A DNA stretch of 64,000 nt from Spirochaetia bacterium (GTDB taxonomy: Bacteria > Spirochaetota > Spirochaetia > SZUA-6 > Bin103): assembly GCA_965203055.1 (NCBI GenBank), contig OZ241863.1:512001-576000 (forward strand), written 5' to 3'. This document shows positions 10,311-19,614 of the stretch, piece by piece. Below the pieces are notes generated by a model that saw nothing but the letters and a program-made list of their open reading frames with translations, did not search any database and was not told where the DNA came from. The position numbers and the translations under genes are program-made. Numbering within the stretch: the first letter of the stretch is position 1; each line of letters opens with the position of its first letter.

Positions 10311-12965
10311 GTGTCGATCAGTCGAGGATCGGAAGACGTGATGCGCGTTGATGCCAGTGGCGCTTCCGGCTTGGATTTGCTGTCGCATCCGCTGGTGCTC
10401 AAGGGGGCTTGGATGCGCGTTGACGCTTGGTACCGCAGTGGTAATCTGGCACCCGAGCCGGAATTGTCACGCTGGCGACTCCATCCCGAAGCAGAACTGC
10501 GCGAGATAGGAGCAGCGCTGCGTGCCGGTAAGTGGCGTCCGAGCCTCTGGCAGCAGGTTCCGTACCCGAAGAAGGGAGCGTGTCTGCGCCACTACGTGGT
10601 GCCGACCGTCCGCGATCAGGTTGCATTTATGGCGTACATGGTGCTCCTTGGTCCCTTGGTGGATAGTCGTGTCCCGGATTTCGTGTTCGGCAACCGGTGG
10701 AACCGCAAGATCGTCTGGGATCGTCGGTGCGTCAAGCCGCAGTGGGTTCTGCATCCCTATCAGCTGCTGACCAACACCGCGTACTTGCCGTATTCACGAT
10801 CGCATGGCATGTTTCGGCGGGTCACGCACTGGACCGTGGCTCGTATGACCGGCGCGCGGATCGAGCACAAAGACTATGGCGGTTACGTGCAGCATCCGGA
10901 CGACTACGCATCCCGGCTTCCCCAATGGACCCGCAGAGAGTGGTCTCCGCCAAGCTCCGACAACGCGAGCGTCTACTGGGCGGCCCTCGATATCGAGCTT
11001 GCCTATCCCTCTATCTACCTTGGACGACTGCGTAAGGCGTTGGTCGAAATGCTGGGAAAACCTTCAACGGTCGAGGAACTGAAAACAATATATGGCGGTT
11101 ATCCACAGCCGATTCTTGTTGCGCTTGCTAATCGGAAAGAGGTCCAATGCATCGCAGGCGGTCTCGTGGACGCCCTCGAGAAGGTTGAGATCGACGCTGG
11201 ACCGATCCCTGAGAACTCCTGGCGTCCGAAACACGCGATAGGAAATCTGCCTCCCCAAAAGGACTCGGGTCTTCCCACCGGCCTTGCGGTTTCAGGCATT
11301 TTGCTAAACGTGGCGCTCCATCCTGCGGATCAATCGATCGAGCGTTATTTGCATGAACACCGTCACGAAGCCATCACTAGGTTTGCCGATGAAATATTCG
11401 TCCTGGCCCGCTCACTCGGTGGGCTGTTCGACCTCATGGAAGCCGTGTGGCGGGGGCTTGCCCAGGATGAGAACGCACGGTTGGCAAACCCTGAAACGGA
11501 ATCAAATCTCCATTTGAACTGGACCAAGATCGAGCCGAAGTCGATCCACGACATCATTGTTTGCTTCCTCAAGGCTCATGGTTGGAAAAAGTGTGAGCAT
11601 GGTACGGCTCTCTACTACTGTACGACCCCGGATCAAGTCTCGGGACTTCGCAAGTGGTGGTATGAACATCGCGAAGATCAGGAGTATGCTCGCATGTCAG
11701 ACGCCACCAAGCGTTCCGCCATTGGCTCTGGTGAAGTGGGACCATTTGTAACGACGTTGGTAGCTCGCATGAGCGAAATTGGCCGAGATACTTTGACCGA
11801 GCGGTTCGGCGAAGGGGCGCGGCAAAGGCTGATCCGGCTTCACGATTTGGCTAGATTCGACATCGACGACGTACAGGTAAGGTCGGACACCCGCCGCGCT
11901 TTCGCCGCGAACCGCCTCGTACGTGCCTGGCTACCTCCGGAGAGTTCACGCCGGGATCTTGCCGACATCCGCGACTCGGTCGCTCATGTGTTCCGAAACA
12001 CACCGTGGAAGTTCTCGCTCTGGCGGGCCGTCGTTCGCGCGGCCGCGCGCCGGCCGCAACGACCAAATCAGGCGGATGATCGCACTGCGCGGGACTGGCT
12101 GTCGAGTCAACTCGGATTGATAGCTGATCCGCCCGATGAGCGTCGCTTGGAGGTATGGATGACCACATGGCCGGAAGACAACGTCAGCGAGCAGCCCGAT
12201 CGGGATCCAAGTTGGCTTGGCCTGTACCTATCGTTCCACCGCACGGCGTTCTGGCAAGCATTGGCGGAGGGCCTCAGATGGCTATGGCGGCATGACGATG
12301 AGGCGTCCCACCCTGTCGCCGCCGGGTACGCCGGTCCCTCACCGAGTCGTTGGACCGTACGAGCTATACCACAGGGCGCGCACGCGAGCGTGCGCAGGCA
12401 TCTCGGCGCACTTGACCAATGGGTCGACGTACTCTACAAGCCTGATACGATTGAAGATCTTCGTAGATGGCCTTGGGAATTGAATCAGCTTACCGCCGCT
12501 GCTATTGCGTCGGCCTCACGCTACGACTTGGCCGTAACGTGGCGCCATGCCGAGCCTCCCGGTGACGCAGAGTTGAAGGTACCCGCCGGGCCACTTTGGC
12601 GGACCATACCGAAAACGATACAGTATCTCGAGCTGTTGGAACGCGTGAGTAGACACTCAACCGAACACGATCTTGACCTGTGCACTCTGCCGCACTTGTG
12701 GCTTGGCGGGCAGGATCGACGACTGGGTGATTTCCTTTTTCCTCGTGGTGGCGGGTCCCGAATTGACTCAAAGGAAGAACGTCCGCGCATCGTCGCGGCA
12801 GGCATATCGCTCGGATGCTCCGAGAGCATCAGCGCGGAGTTCGCGGCAGCGCTTGTGCCCAAACCTACCTGCGCGGGCAAATCGCTTCGCGATGATGGTC
12901 TTGCTCTGTGGGAGTATCACCGGGCACGGAGCATCCTTCTGGGACAGCCCGGAGAACTGCGATGA
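10311..12965 (+). CDS. UG/Abi-type (defence-associated) reverse transcriptase with long helical C-terminal region
   Basis: PYPKK..LRHY..PTVRDQVA, FGNR, LDIELAYPSI (motif A), GLPTGLAVSGILLN (motif B), RFADEIFVL (motif C), LNWTK; true start may be GTG 10338 or ATG 10341. Confidence 0.85.
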   Translation: MSISRGSEDVMRVDASGASGLDLLSHPLVLKGAWMRVDAWYRSGNLAPEPELSRWRLHPEAELREIGAALRAGKWRPSLWQQVPYPKKGACLRHYVVPTVRDQVAFMAYMVLLGPLVDSRVPDFVFGNRWNRKIVWDRRCVKPQWVLHPYQLLTNTAYLPYSRSHGMFRRVTHWTVARMTGARIEHKDYGGYVQHPDDYASRLPQWTRREWSPPSSDNASVYWAALDIELAYPSIYLGRLRKALVEMLGKPSTVEELKTIYGGYPQPILVALANRKEVQCIAGGLVDALEKVEIDAGPIPENSWRPKHAIGNLPPQKDSGLPTGLAVSGILLNVALHPADQSIERYLHEHRHEAITRFADEIFVLARSLGGLFDLMEAVWRGLAQDENARLANPETESNLHLNWTKIEPKSIHDIIVCFLKAHGWKKCEHGTALYYCTTPDQVSGLRKWWYEHREDQEYARMSDATKRSAIGSGEVGPFVTTLVARMSEIGRDTLTERFGEGARQRLIRLHDLARFDIDDVQVRSDTRRAFAANRLVRAWLPPESSRRDLADIRDSVAHVFRNTPWKFSLWRAVVRAAARRPQRPNQADDRTARDWLSSQLGLIADPPDERRLEVWMTTWPEDNVSEQPDRDPSWLGLYLSFHRTAFWQALAEGLRWLWRHDDEASHPVAAGYAGPSPSRWTVRAIPQGAHASVRRHLGALDQWVDVLYKPDTIEDLRRWPWELNQLTAAAIASASRYDLAVTWRHAEPPGDAELKVPAGPLWRTIPKTIQYLELLERVSRHSTEHDLDLCTLPHLWLGGQDRRLGDFLFPRGGGSRIDSKEERPRIVAAGISLGCSESISAEFAAALVPKPTCAGKSLRDDGLALWEYHRARSILLGQPGELR

Positions 12966-14704
12966 GGACAGTCTCGCTACACCGGCTGCTGTGGGGTGCC
13001 CTTGCGGAAACCGTTCCGCCACATGAGTGGCCTCTTCGACCTTGGGAACTCCCGGCGGTTGGACTTCCGGCTCGTGTTGCCGTCTCTCTGTTCAGTTCCG
13101 CGATAAGTGAGCTGCCTCCGAAGGACTGGGAAGCGACACATGGTCCGTTGTCGTGGACCGTCGGCCGCGGGGCTGACCTGCTCGCAATGGGAAGGCGCCA
13201 CCAGCTGGAACTTGCGGCAGGCGAGCCAACTGATGTCGATCCGGCTGAACCGGAGGTGCACAGGTCGTCGGACTGGGACGTACCGCCGCACGCGGCTTAC
13301 TTTCTACCTCGTCTAGCCACAACATCGGTTGACGCCAACAGTTATGCCGTCTATTGCGACGTATTGATGCTACTCACCGCAATCGACGGTGAGGAGTCGA
13401 TTCTCGATGCTATAGTGGACCATGGTACGGGTGCAGTGCCGTTTGAGGATCGATGGAGTTGGCGCTCTCGCATCCATCTGCCCAAAGAAGCGTGGCGTCT
13501 GATCGAGCGAACTCTGCGCTGGGCGGAGAACCCAGTCGAGGATGTCGAGCAGATCGTGAAGTCGCTTGCCGTGGCCTTGGAGGAATGGAGGCCCGCCAAG
13601 GTCGGGTTCGATGACTTCGTTCGCGAGCGAGTCGACGTGCTGCTGGACGCGAGAGACGAACACGAGGGCACGCGTACGGTGCGCCTCCCTGATTCACCTG
13701 ACTCGGAGCTACCGACCGAGTTAATGCTGCAGGATAGGCAACTCTACGATCAGTTTGTCGTGCGCATAGGGCAGATCGATGCCTGGACGCCGAAAGCGCA
13801 TGTCGTTGCGAACTTCCCTGCGATGGCTCCGGGATCGATACGTGGCATCATGGAGCAAGTAGCGTATGCGTTCCGATCTCCAAGCCACGGTAGCCCCGAT
13901 CACACACCCGACTTGGTTCTACTCCCGGAGGTCTCGATCCCACAGCCCGAAGTCCCGGTAGTGCGCGACTTGGTTGCAAGAACAGGTCGCGCGGCGCTGG
14001 CCGGCTTGTACTGGCAGGAGCTCAAGCCCGTGTATCGGGCATGTTACGGGACGGTGCCGGCCAGGAAGTGGTTCGTCAACGAAGCTGAACTCGTGATCCC
14101 TTTCGGACGCGACGATCGTGGTCCGCCGAGCATCCGCTGGTACCGCGTACGGAAGCCGCTGCCGGCGCACAATGAAACAGGTTTGGCGCAAGCCCTTTCC
14201 GCACAGTCGCCAGGTACGACGTGGCGCATTCTACGGGGCTACCGGTGGTACCGTTTCGTGCATCGCCGGTGGGGCGACTTTACGATTTCCATCTGCGCGG
14301 ATTTGATCGATACGGCTCCTTGGCGGTCACTACGCGGCGAGTTGCTCCATCTGTTCATGGTCGCCTTCAACAAAGACGTAGATCTCTATGATTCCCTCAC
14401 CTGGGTCAGGGCATACGAGACCTACGTGAACCTTGTCTCTGTAAATCACGGCCAATATGGTGGCTCCTTTCTCTGGACGCCGCGCCGAAGCCACTCCCAC
14501 GAGCTTGCTCGACTCCGGGGACAAAAGCTGTTCGTTACTGCCGACATCACCATTCCGGTGAAGGACCTGCTTGCGGCGCAGCGTCTCGGTGTTCGGGACG
14601 CTATCTCGACGGCAGCATGCGATTGGGCCGGGACTCAGCACCAACGGTCCGCGTTCAAGTCACCGCCTCCCGGATTCCAGCGACGAGCCCTTCTGATTGT
14701 GTAG
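12962..14704 (+). CDS. Carbon-nitrogen hydrolase (nitrilase) domain protein with ~250-aa unknown N-terminal region
   Basis: E-K-C triad in PDLVLLPEVSIP, RVRKPLPAHNE, ISICADL; FNKD and VNHGQYGGS; ATGA overlap with the RT stop and GGAG SD at 12951. Confidence 0.85.
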   Translation: MRTVSLHRLLWGALAETVPPHEWPLRPWELPAVGLPARVAVSLFSSAISELPPKDWEATHGPLSWTVGRGADLLAMGRRHQLELAAGEPTDVDPAEPEVHRSSDWDVPPHAAYFLPRLATTSVDANSYAVYCDVLMLLTAIDGEESILDAIVDHGTGAVPFEDRWSWRSRIHLPKEAWRLIERTLRWAENPVEDVEQIVKSLAVALEEWRPAKVGFDDFVRERVDVLLDARDEHEGTRTVRLPDSPDSELPTELMLQDRQLYDQFVVRIGQIDAWTPKAHVVANFPAMAPGSIRGIMEQVAYAFRSPSHGSPDHTPDLVLLPEVSIPQPEVPVVRDLVARTGRAALAGLYWQELKPVYRACYGTVPARKWFVNEAELVIPFGRDDRGPPSIRWYRVRKPLPAHNETGLAQALSAQSPGTTWRILRGYRWYRFVHRRWGDFTISICADLIDTAPWRSLRGELLHLFMVAFNKDVDLYDSLTWVRAYETYVNLVSVNHGQYGGSFLWTPRRSHSHELARLRGQKLFVTADITIPVKDLLAAQRLGVRDAISTAACDWAGTQHQRSAFKSPPPGFQRRALLIV

Positions 14705-14815
14705 CGAGATGCTCTACCCGTGTTGATCGACCGTCCGTTGTGGTTCCTTTGGATATGGGGCGAACCCTCTGCGATCGTGTGTGCGCTTTGAGCGCTAAGA
14801 GCGGGAGACGAGCCG

Positions 14816-17635
14816 GTGTTGCAACCCGGTGATTGGGCGTGGAGCCCCGCGCACCGGCAGGTTTGCCGGGTGGTCGAGACGCAGGACCTGTGGGGAGCGG
14901 CGCAGCGCCGGGTCTGGCTGCCGGCTTCCGAGGCGTTCGTCCGGGTTCGGTCGGACCAGCTCCGTCCGCTCTCGGAGTCGGCCGTCGCGGGGCGCTCGTG
15001 GCTGACCTACGCGGCAGCCGCGGCGCGGGTCGCCGGCGCGCTGGCGCAGGACGCGCTGCTGGCGCCGATCGAGTCGCCGGTCATCCCGTTGCCGCACCAG
15101 ATCAGTGCGCTGGCGCGGGCGACGGCGGGCAACCGCGTCCGCTATCTGCTGGCGGACGAAGTCGGACTCGGCAAGACGATCGAGGCCGGTCTCATCATGC
15201 GCGAGCTCAAGCTGCGCGGCATCGTACGGCGAACCTTGGTGGTGGCCCCCAAGGGGCTCGTCAACCAGTGGGTGGCGGAGCTGCGCACCCACTTCGCCGA
15301 GGAGTTTCGCGCCTTCCTGCCGAGCGACTTCCCCGCCTTCCGCCGCATCGCGCCGGCGGACAACGTCTGGCGAACCTGCGATCAGATCGTGTGCCCGCTG
15401 GATGCGGTCAAGCCGCTCGACGGCCGCCGCGGGTGGTCGCGGGAACGGGTGGCCGAGCACAACCGCGACCGGTTCGAGGACCTGACCGCCGCCGGCTGGG
15501 ACCTGATCATCATCGACGAGGCGCATCGCCTGGGCGGCAGCACCGATCAGGTCGCCCGCTATCAGCTTGGCCGCGGGTTGGCGGAGGCCGCGCCTTGTCT
15601 GCTCCTGCTCTCCGCGACCCCGCATCAGGGCAAGACCGACGCGTTCCATCGGCTGCTGTCGCTGATCGACGCGACCGCGTTCCCCGACCCCGGCGCCATC
15701 TCCAGCGAACGGGTCCGGCCATTCGTGATCCGCACCGAGAAGCGGCGCGCGATCGACGCCGACGGAAAGCCGTTGTTCAAGCCGCGCCATACCCGCCTCG
15801 AACCGATCGCCTACGATGAGCGGCACGCCGGCCAGCGCGCGCTCTACGAGGCGGTGACCGAATACGTGCGCGACGGCTACAACCGGGCGCTGCGGGAACA
15901 CCAGGGGCACCTCGGCTTCCTGATGATCCTGATGCAGCGGCTGGTCACCTCCTCGACCCGCGCGATCCGCGTCACCCTGGAACGCCGCCTCGAAGCGCTG
16001 GCCGCGCCGGGCGAGCAGCTCCTGCTGTTTCCCGAGCTGACTGACGAGGAATGGGCCGACCTCGACGGCCAGGAGCAGATCGACACGTTGCTCTCCAGCC
16101 GGTTGAGCGCCCTCAAGAACGAACGCGCGGAGGTGACGCTGCTCCTCGAAGCGGCCCGGCGGACGGAGCGCGCCGGCGCCGATGCCAAGGCGGAAGCCCT
16201 GCTCGGCTGGATCTATCGGTTGCAGCAGGAGGAGAGCGACCCCGATCTGAAGGTCCTGATCTTCACCGAGTTCGTCGCCACGCAGGAGATGCTGCGCGAA
16301 TTTCTGGCCGACCGGGGATTCCCGGTGGTCTGTCTCAACGGATCGATGGGATTGGAGGAACGCGCGCAGGCGCAGCAATCGTTCGCCGGCGCGGCCCGCT
16401 TCCTGGTGTCGACCGACGCCGGCGGCGAAGGTCTGAACCTGCAGTTCTGCCACGTGGTGGTCAACTACGACATTCCCTGGAATCCGATGAAGCTGGAGCA
16501 GCGGATCGGCCGCGTCGACCGCATCGGCCAGACCCACGCCGTGAGGGCCGTCAACTTCGTGGTCCGGGATACGGTCGAGCACCGCGTCCGCGAGGTGCTG
16601 GAGGAGAAGCTGGCGGTCATCCTGGCGGAATTCGGCGTCGACAAGACCGAAGACATCCTCGATTCGGCGCAGGCCGGACAGATGTTCGACGATCTCTACG
16701 TCGAGGCGATCGTCCGCCCACACGGTCTGCGCGCCCGGGTCGATGCCGTGATGCGCGAGGTCGGACGGCAAGGCCAGGCGGTCCGCGAGAGCGCCGCGGT
16801 CTACGGGAGCGCCGAAGCGCTCGATCCGGGACCGGCGCGGCGCCTGCGGTCTCACCCCCTGCCGCACTGGATCGAAACCATGGTCGTCAACTACCTCCGC
16901 GCGCACGGCGGCGCCGCAGACCGGAGCGGCCAGACCTGGAACCTGACGTGGCCGGACGGCGAGCGTCTGGAAGCCGTCTCGTTTGCCGCCGGGGGCGCGC
17001 GGGGCGCGCCCCGCGACCTGTCCGCCCGCCAGCTCACGCTCGACGACCCGCGGGTGCGCGCGCTCGTCGAGCGGCTCCCCCGGTTCGCCCCCGGCCAGCC
17101 GATCCCCTGCCTTGCGCTGGAACGATTGCCGGCCGAGGTGCGGGGCTTCTGGTCCCTGTGGCAGATCACGCTGCACGCCCCCGAGCGAGGCCGCAGCCGC
17201 GTCATGCCGCTGTTCCGCCACGACGACGGGCGGATATTCGCGCCGACCGCGCGGTTCATCTGGGACCGGCTGCTGGCCGGCGCGCCGGCTGCCGGCCCTG
17301 CTCTCCACGGGCCTGCTCTCCACGGCGCAGCGGCCGCCGCGGCGTTCGCGGCCGTCGAACGGTCGGCCCGCGAGCATGGCCGGCCGGTCTACCAGGAGCT
17401 GCTCCTCGCCCACCGCGCGGACGTCGCCGCGCGCCGCGAGCGGGGCGAATACTCCTTCGCCGCCCGGCGCCGCTCCATCGGGCGGATCGGGCTGCCGGCG
17501 GTGCGCAACCATCGCCTGGCGCAGCTTGCCGCCGAGGAGCGGTCGTGGCGCGCGGCGCTCGCGCGCGAGAACGAGTCCAGCCCGGACCTGGCGCCGCTGA
17601 TCGTCGTCCGGGTGGAGGGAGCGGGCGGTTCGTGA
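14816..17635 (+). CDS. brxHII: BREX-3 SNF2-family helicase BrxHII
   Basis: LLADEVGLGKT, DEAH, LLLSATP, STDAGGEGLNLQ, EQRIGRVDRIGQ; lies before pglZ. Confidence 0.88.
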   Translation: MLQPGDWAWSPAHRQVCRVVETQDLWGAAQRRVWLPASEAFVRVRSDQLRPLSESAVAGRSWLTYAAAAARVAGALAQDALLAPIESPVIPLPHQISALARATAGNRVRYLLADEVGLGKTIEAGLIMRELKLRGIVRRTLVVAPKGLVNQWVAELRTHFAEEFRAFLPSDFPAFRRIAPADNVWRTCDQIVCPLDAVKPLDGRRGWSRERVAEHNRDRFEDLTAAGWDLIIIDEAHRLGGSTDQVARYQLGRGLAEAAPCLLLLSATPHQGKTDAFHRLLSLIDATAFPDPGAISSERVRPFVIRTEKRRAIDADGKPLFKPRHTRLEPIAYDERHAGQRALYEAVTEYVRDGYNRALREHQGHLGFLMILMQRLVTSSTRAIRVTLERRLEALAAPGEQLLLFPELTDEEWADLDGQEQIDTLLSSRLSALKNERAEVTLLLEAARRTERAGADAKAEALLGWIYRLQQEESDPDLKVLIFTEFVATQEMLREFLADRGFPVVCLNGSMGLEERAQAQQSFAGAARFLVSTDAGGEGLNLQFCHVVVNYDIPWNPMKLEQRIGRVDRIGQTHAVRAVNFVVRDTVEHRVREVLEEKLAVILAEFGVDKTEDILDSAQAGQMFDDLYVEAIVRPHGLRARVDAVMREVGRQGQAVRESAAVYGSAEALDPGPARRLRSHPLPHWIETMVVNYLRAHGGAADRSGQTWNLTWPDGERLEAVSFAAGGARGAPRDLSARQLTLDDPRVRALVERLPRFAPGQPIPCLALERLPAEVRGFWSLWQITLHAPERGRSRVMPLFRHDDGRIFAPTARFIWDRLLAGAPAAGPALHGPALHGAAAAAAFAAVERSAREHGRPVYQELLLAHRADVAARRERGEYSFAARRRSIGRIGLPAVRNHRLAQLAAEERSWRAALARENESSPDLAPLIVVRVEGAGGS

Positions 17636-19614
17636 CGAGCTGGCGTGATTCGATCCTCGCGGAGCTCGCCCCGCACGCCGCCCGGCTCACGATCGCGGCC
17701 GACCCCGACGGCCTGCTGCTGGAAGCGGGGGTGCTCCAGGAAATCGCGGCGCGCGGGTTCGAGCTGATCACGGTCGAGGATCGCGTCGCGTTCCGCTTCA
17801 CCTACGAATCGCGCTACCGTTCGCGCGGGGACCGCGGCGAGCGCACCGGCCCGGGCCTCGTGCTGCGGACCGACGAATCGGACCTGGGCGCGCTGCCGTA
17901 CGATCTCCTGCACGCCGGCCGGCGGGTCTCGTTCAGCCTGGGCGCGCTGTTCCCGCACCTGAGCCGCGCGGTCATGAGCACGCTGGAGCGGAGCGACCTC
18001 GATGCCCTGTATCAGGCGCAGACGCGCGCGCCGCCGGCCCGCCCGCTCGGTGACGCTCAGACCGCCGACTTCGTCCTGCGCCACGTCTTCGGGATCGCGC
18101 CCGAAACCATCAGGCAGGAGTCCGATCTGCTCCGCTTCCTGTTGCGCCGGCACTACCGCGAGCTGCGCATTCCGGCGCCGCTCGACGATCACCTGCTCCG
18201 GCTGCTGGCGCGGAACCCGGCGTTCGCCGCTTGGCCGTTGCGCCGGATCATGGCCGACCGCGAGGCGTTCTTCGCGTTCCTGCAGGAGCGCTGGCCGGCC
18301 TTCCTCGACCGGCGCACGACCGACGCCGCCACGATACGCGATCCGGCCACCGCTTCCGAAATCTCGTTCGACCACCCCGACGTGCGAGTCTACCTCGACA
18401 ACCTCTTCCTGGAGGGTTTTCTCCGGCCCGTACCGCACCCGCGCGCCGCGCGGCTGGCCGGCTCGTGGGAGATCGCCGGCATCAGGCGCGACCCGGCCGC
18501 CGATCGGCAGCGCCGGCTGGCAGGGCTGCTGAACGCCGTCGAGACGTCGATCCCCGCGCCGACCGCGCGGCACCAGGAGTGGCTGGCGTTCGCGCGGCGC
18601 TGGGCGCAGGTGAACGCCCTCCGGTTCGGCGCCAACGGCGGCCCCGGCGCCGCTGAATCCCGGTCCCGGTACGCCGCCATCCGCGATCGGATCGACGCGG
18701 CCTTCGCGGCGTGGCTCGCACAGCGCTACGGCGCGCTCCACAACCAGCCGCCGCTGCCGCCGGTGATGGTCCACCACGTGCCGCGCATGCTCGCCCGGGC
18801 TCTGGAAGAATCTGCCGAGGCCAAGGCGGCGCTGGTGCTGGTGGACGGCCTGTCGCTCGACCAGTGGTCCACGGTCCGCGGCGTGCTGGCCGAGCAGCGG
18901 CCGGGCCTGCGGTTCCGGGAGGGCGGCCTGTTCGCGTGGATACCCACGCTCACCATGGTGTCGCGGCAGGCGTGCTTCAGCGGCCGCCCGCCGCTCTACT
19001 TCCCGTCCAGCATACACACCACCGACCGCGAGCCGGCCGCGTGGCAGCGGTTCTGGGCGGACGCGGGACTGTCCGCGGCCGAGGTCGGTTATCAAAAGAC
19101 CCTGCGCGACCGAGCCGATCTGGACCGCGCCGCGCAGCTCGCGTCGCATCCTGGCGTGCGCGTGGCCGGACTGGTCGTCGACGCGGTCGACCGGATCATG
19201 CACGGCATGACGCTCGGCCAGTCCGGCATGCACAACCAGATACGCCAGTGGACGAGGCGGGGCGTGCTGGCGGACCTGCTCGACCTGCTGCTCGACCACG
19301 GCTTCGCGGTCTGGCTCACCTCCGACCACGGCAACGTCGAGACGCGCGGCTGCGGCCGTCCGGGCGAGGGCGCCGCCGCGGACCTGCGCGGCGAACGGGT
19401 TCGCGTCTACTCCGATCCGGGGCTGCGCGCGCGGGTGGCGGAGCGGTTTCCGGACGCGGCGGCGTGGCCGTCACTCGGGCTGCCGGACGACTACCTGGCG
19501 TTGATCGCTCCCGGCCGAGCGTCGTTCGTCCGCCCGGCGGAGCGTCCCGTGGCGCACGGCGGAATCACGCTGGAAGAGGTGGTCGTGCCGCTGGTGCGGA
19601 TCGAACGGCAATGA
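17632..19614 (+). CDS. pglZ: BREX-3 phosphatase PglZ
   Basis: GTG start MTSWRDSIL overlapping the helicase stop; LVLVDGLSLDQW, PTLTMVSRQA, TSDHGN, HGGITLEEVVVP. Confidence 0.9.
   Translation: MTSWRDSILAELAPHAARLTIAADPDGLLLEAGVLQEIAARGFELITVEDRVAFRFTYESRYRSRGDRGERTGPGLVLRTDESDLGALPYDLLHAGRRVSFSLGALFPHLSRAVMSTLERSDLDALYQAQTRAPPARPLGDAQTADFVLRHVFGIAPETIRQESDLLRFLLRRHYRELRIPAPLDDHLLRLLARNPAFAAWPLRRIMADREAFFAFLQERWPAFLDRRTTDAATIRDPATASEISFDHPDVRVYLDNLFLEGFLRPVPHPRAARLAGSWEIAGIRRDPAADRQRRLAGLLNAVETSIPAPTARHQEWLAFARRWAQVNALRFGANGGPGAAESRSRYAAIRDRIDAAFAAWLAQRYGALHNQPPLPPVMVHHVPRMLARALEESAEAKAALVLVDGLSLDQWSTVRGVLAEQRPGLRFREGGLFAWIPTLTMVSRQACFSGRPPLYFPSSIHTTDREPAAWQRFWADAGLSAAEVGYQKTLRDRADLDRAAQLASHPGVRVAGLVVDAVDRIMHGMTLGQSGMHNQIRQWTRRGVLADLLDLLLDHGFAVWLTSDHGNVETRGCGRPGEGAAADLRGERVRVYSDPGLRARVAERFPDAAAWPSLGLPDDYLALIAPGRASFVRPAERPVAHGGITLEEVVVPLVRIERQ

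Noticed and set aside
10311..12965. RT as a retron, group II intron, DGR or CRISPR-associated RT
   Set aside because: No VTG/NAxxH retron motifs or long msr-msd inverted repeats, no intron RNA or maturase/HNH domain, no TR/VR repeat pair, no cas genes; the nitrilase partner points to the UG/Abi class.
12908..12965. RT/nitrilase split as a simple sequencing frameshift, or a start at 12908
   Set aside because: A clean ATGA overlap with a GGAG SD 7 nt before ATG 12962 fits translational coupling better; not fully excluded without homologues.
17294..17323. 15-bp tandem duplication (GPALH x2) in brxHII
   Set aside because: In-frame micro-duplication in a probable linker; no evidence of function.
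16051..17631. Upstream extension of the PglZ ORF, and similar extensions for brxA, dppD, leuC, the desaturase and tauB
   Set aside because: Low-complexity Arg/Gly/Pro read-through overlapping the preceding gene; real starts are at stop/start overlaps or near SD or -10 signals.
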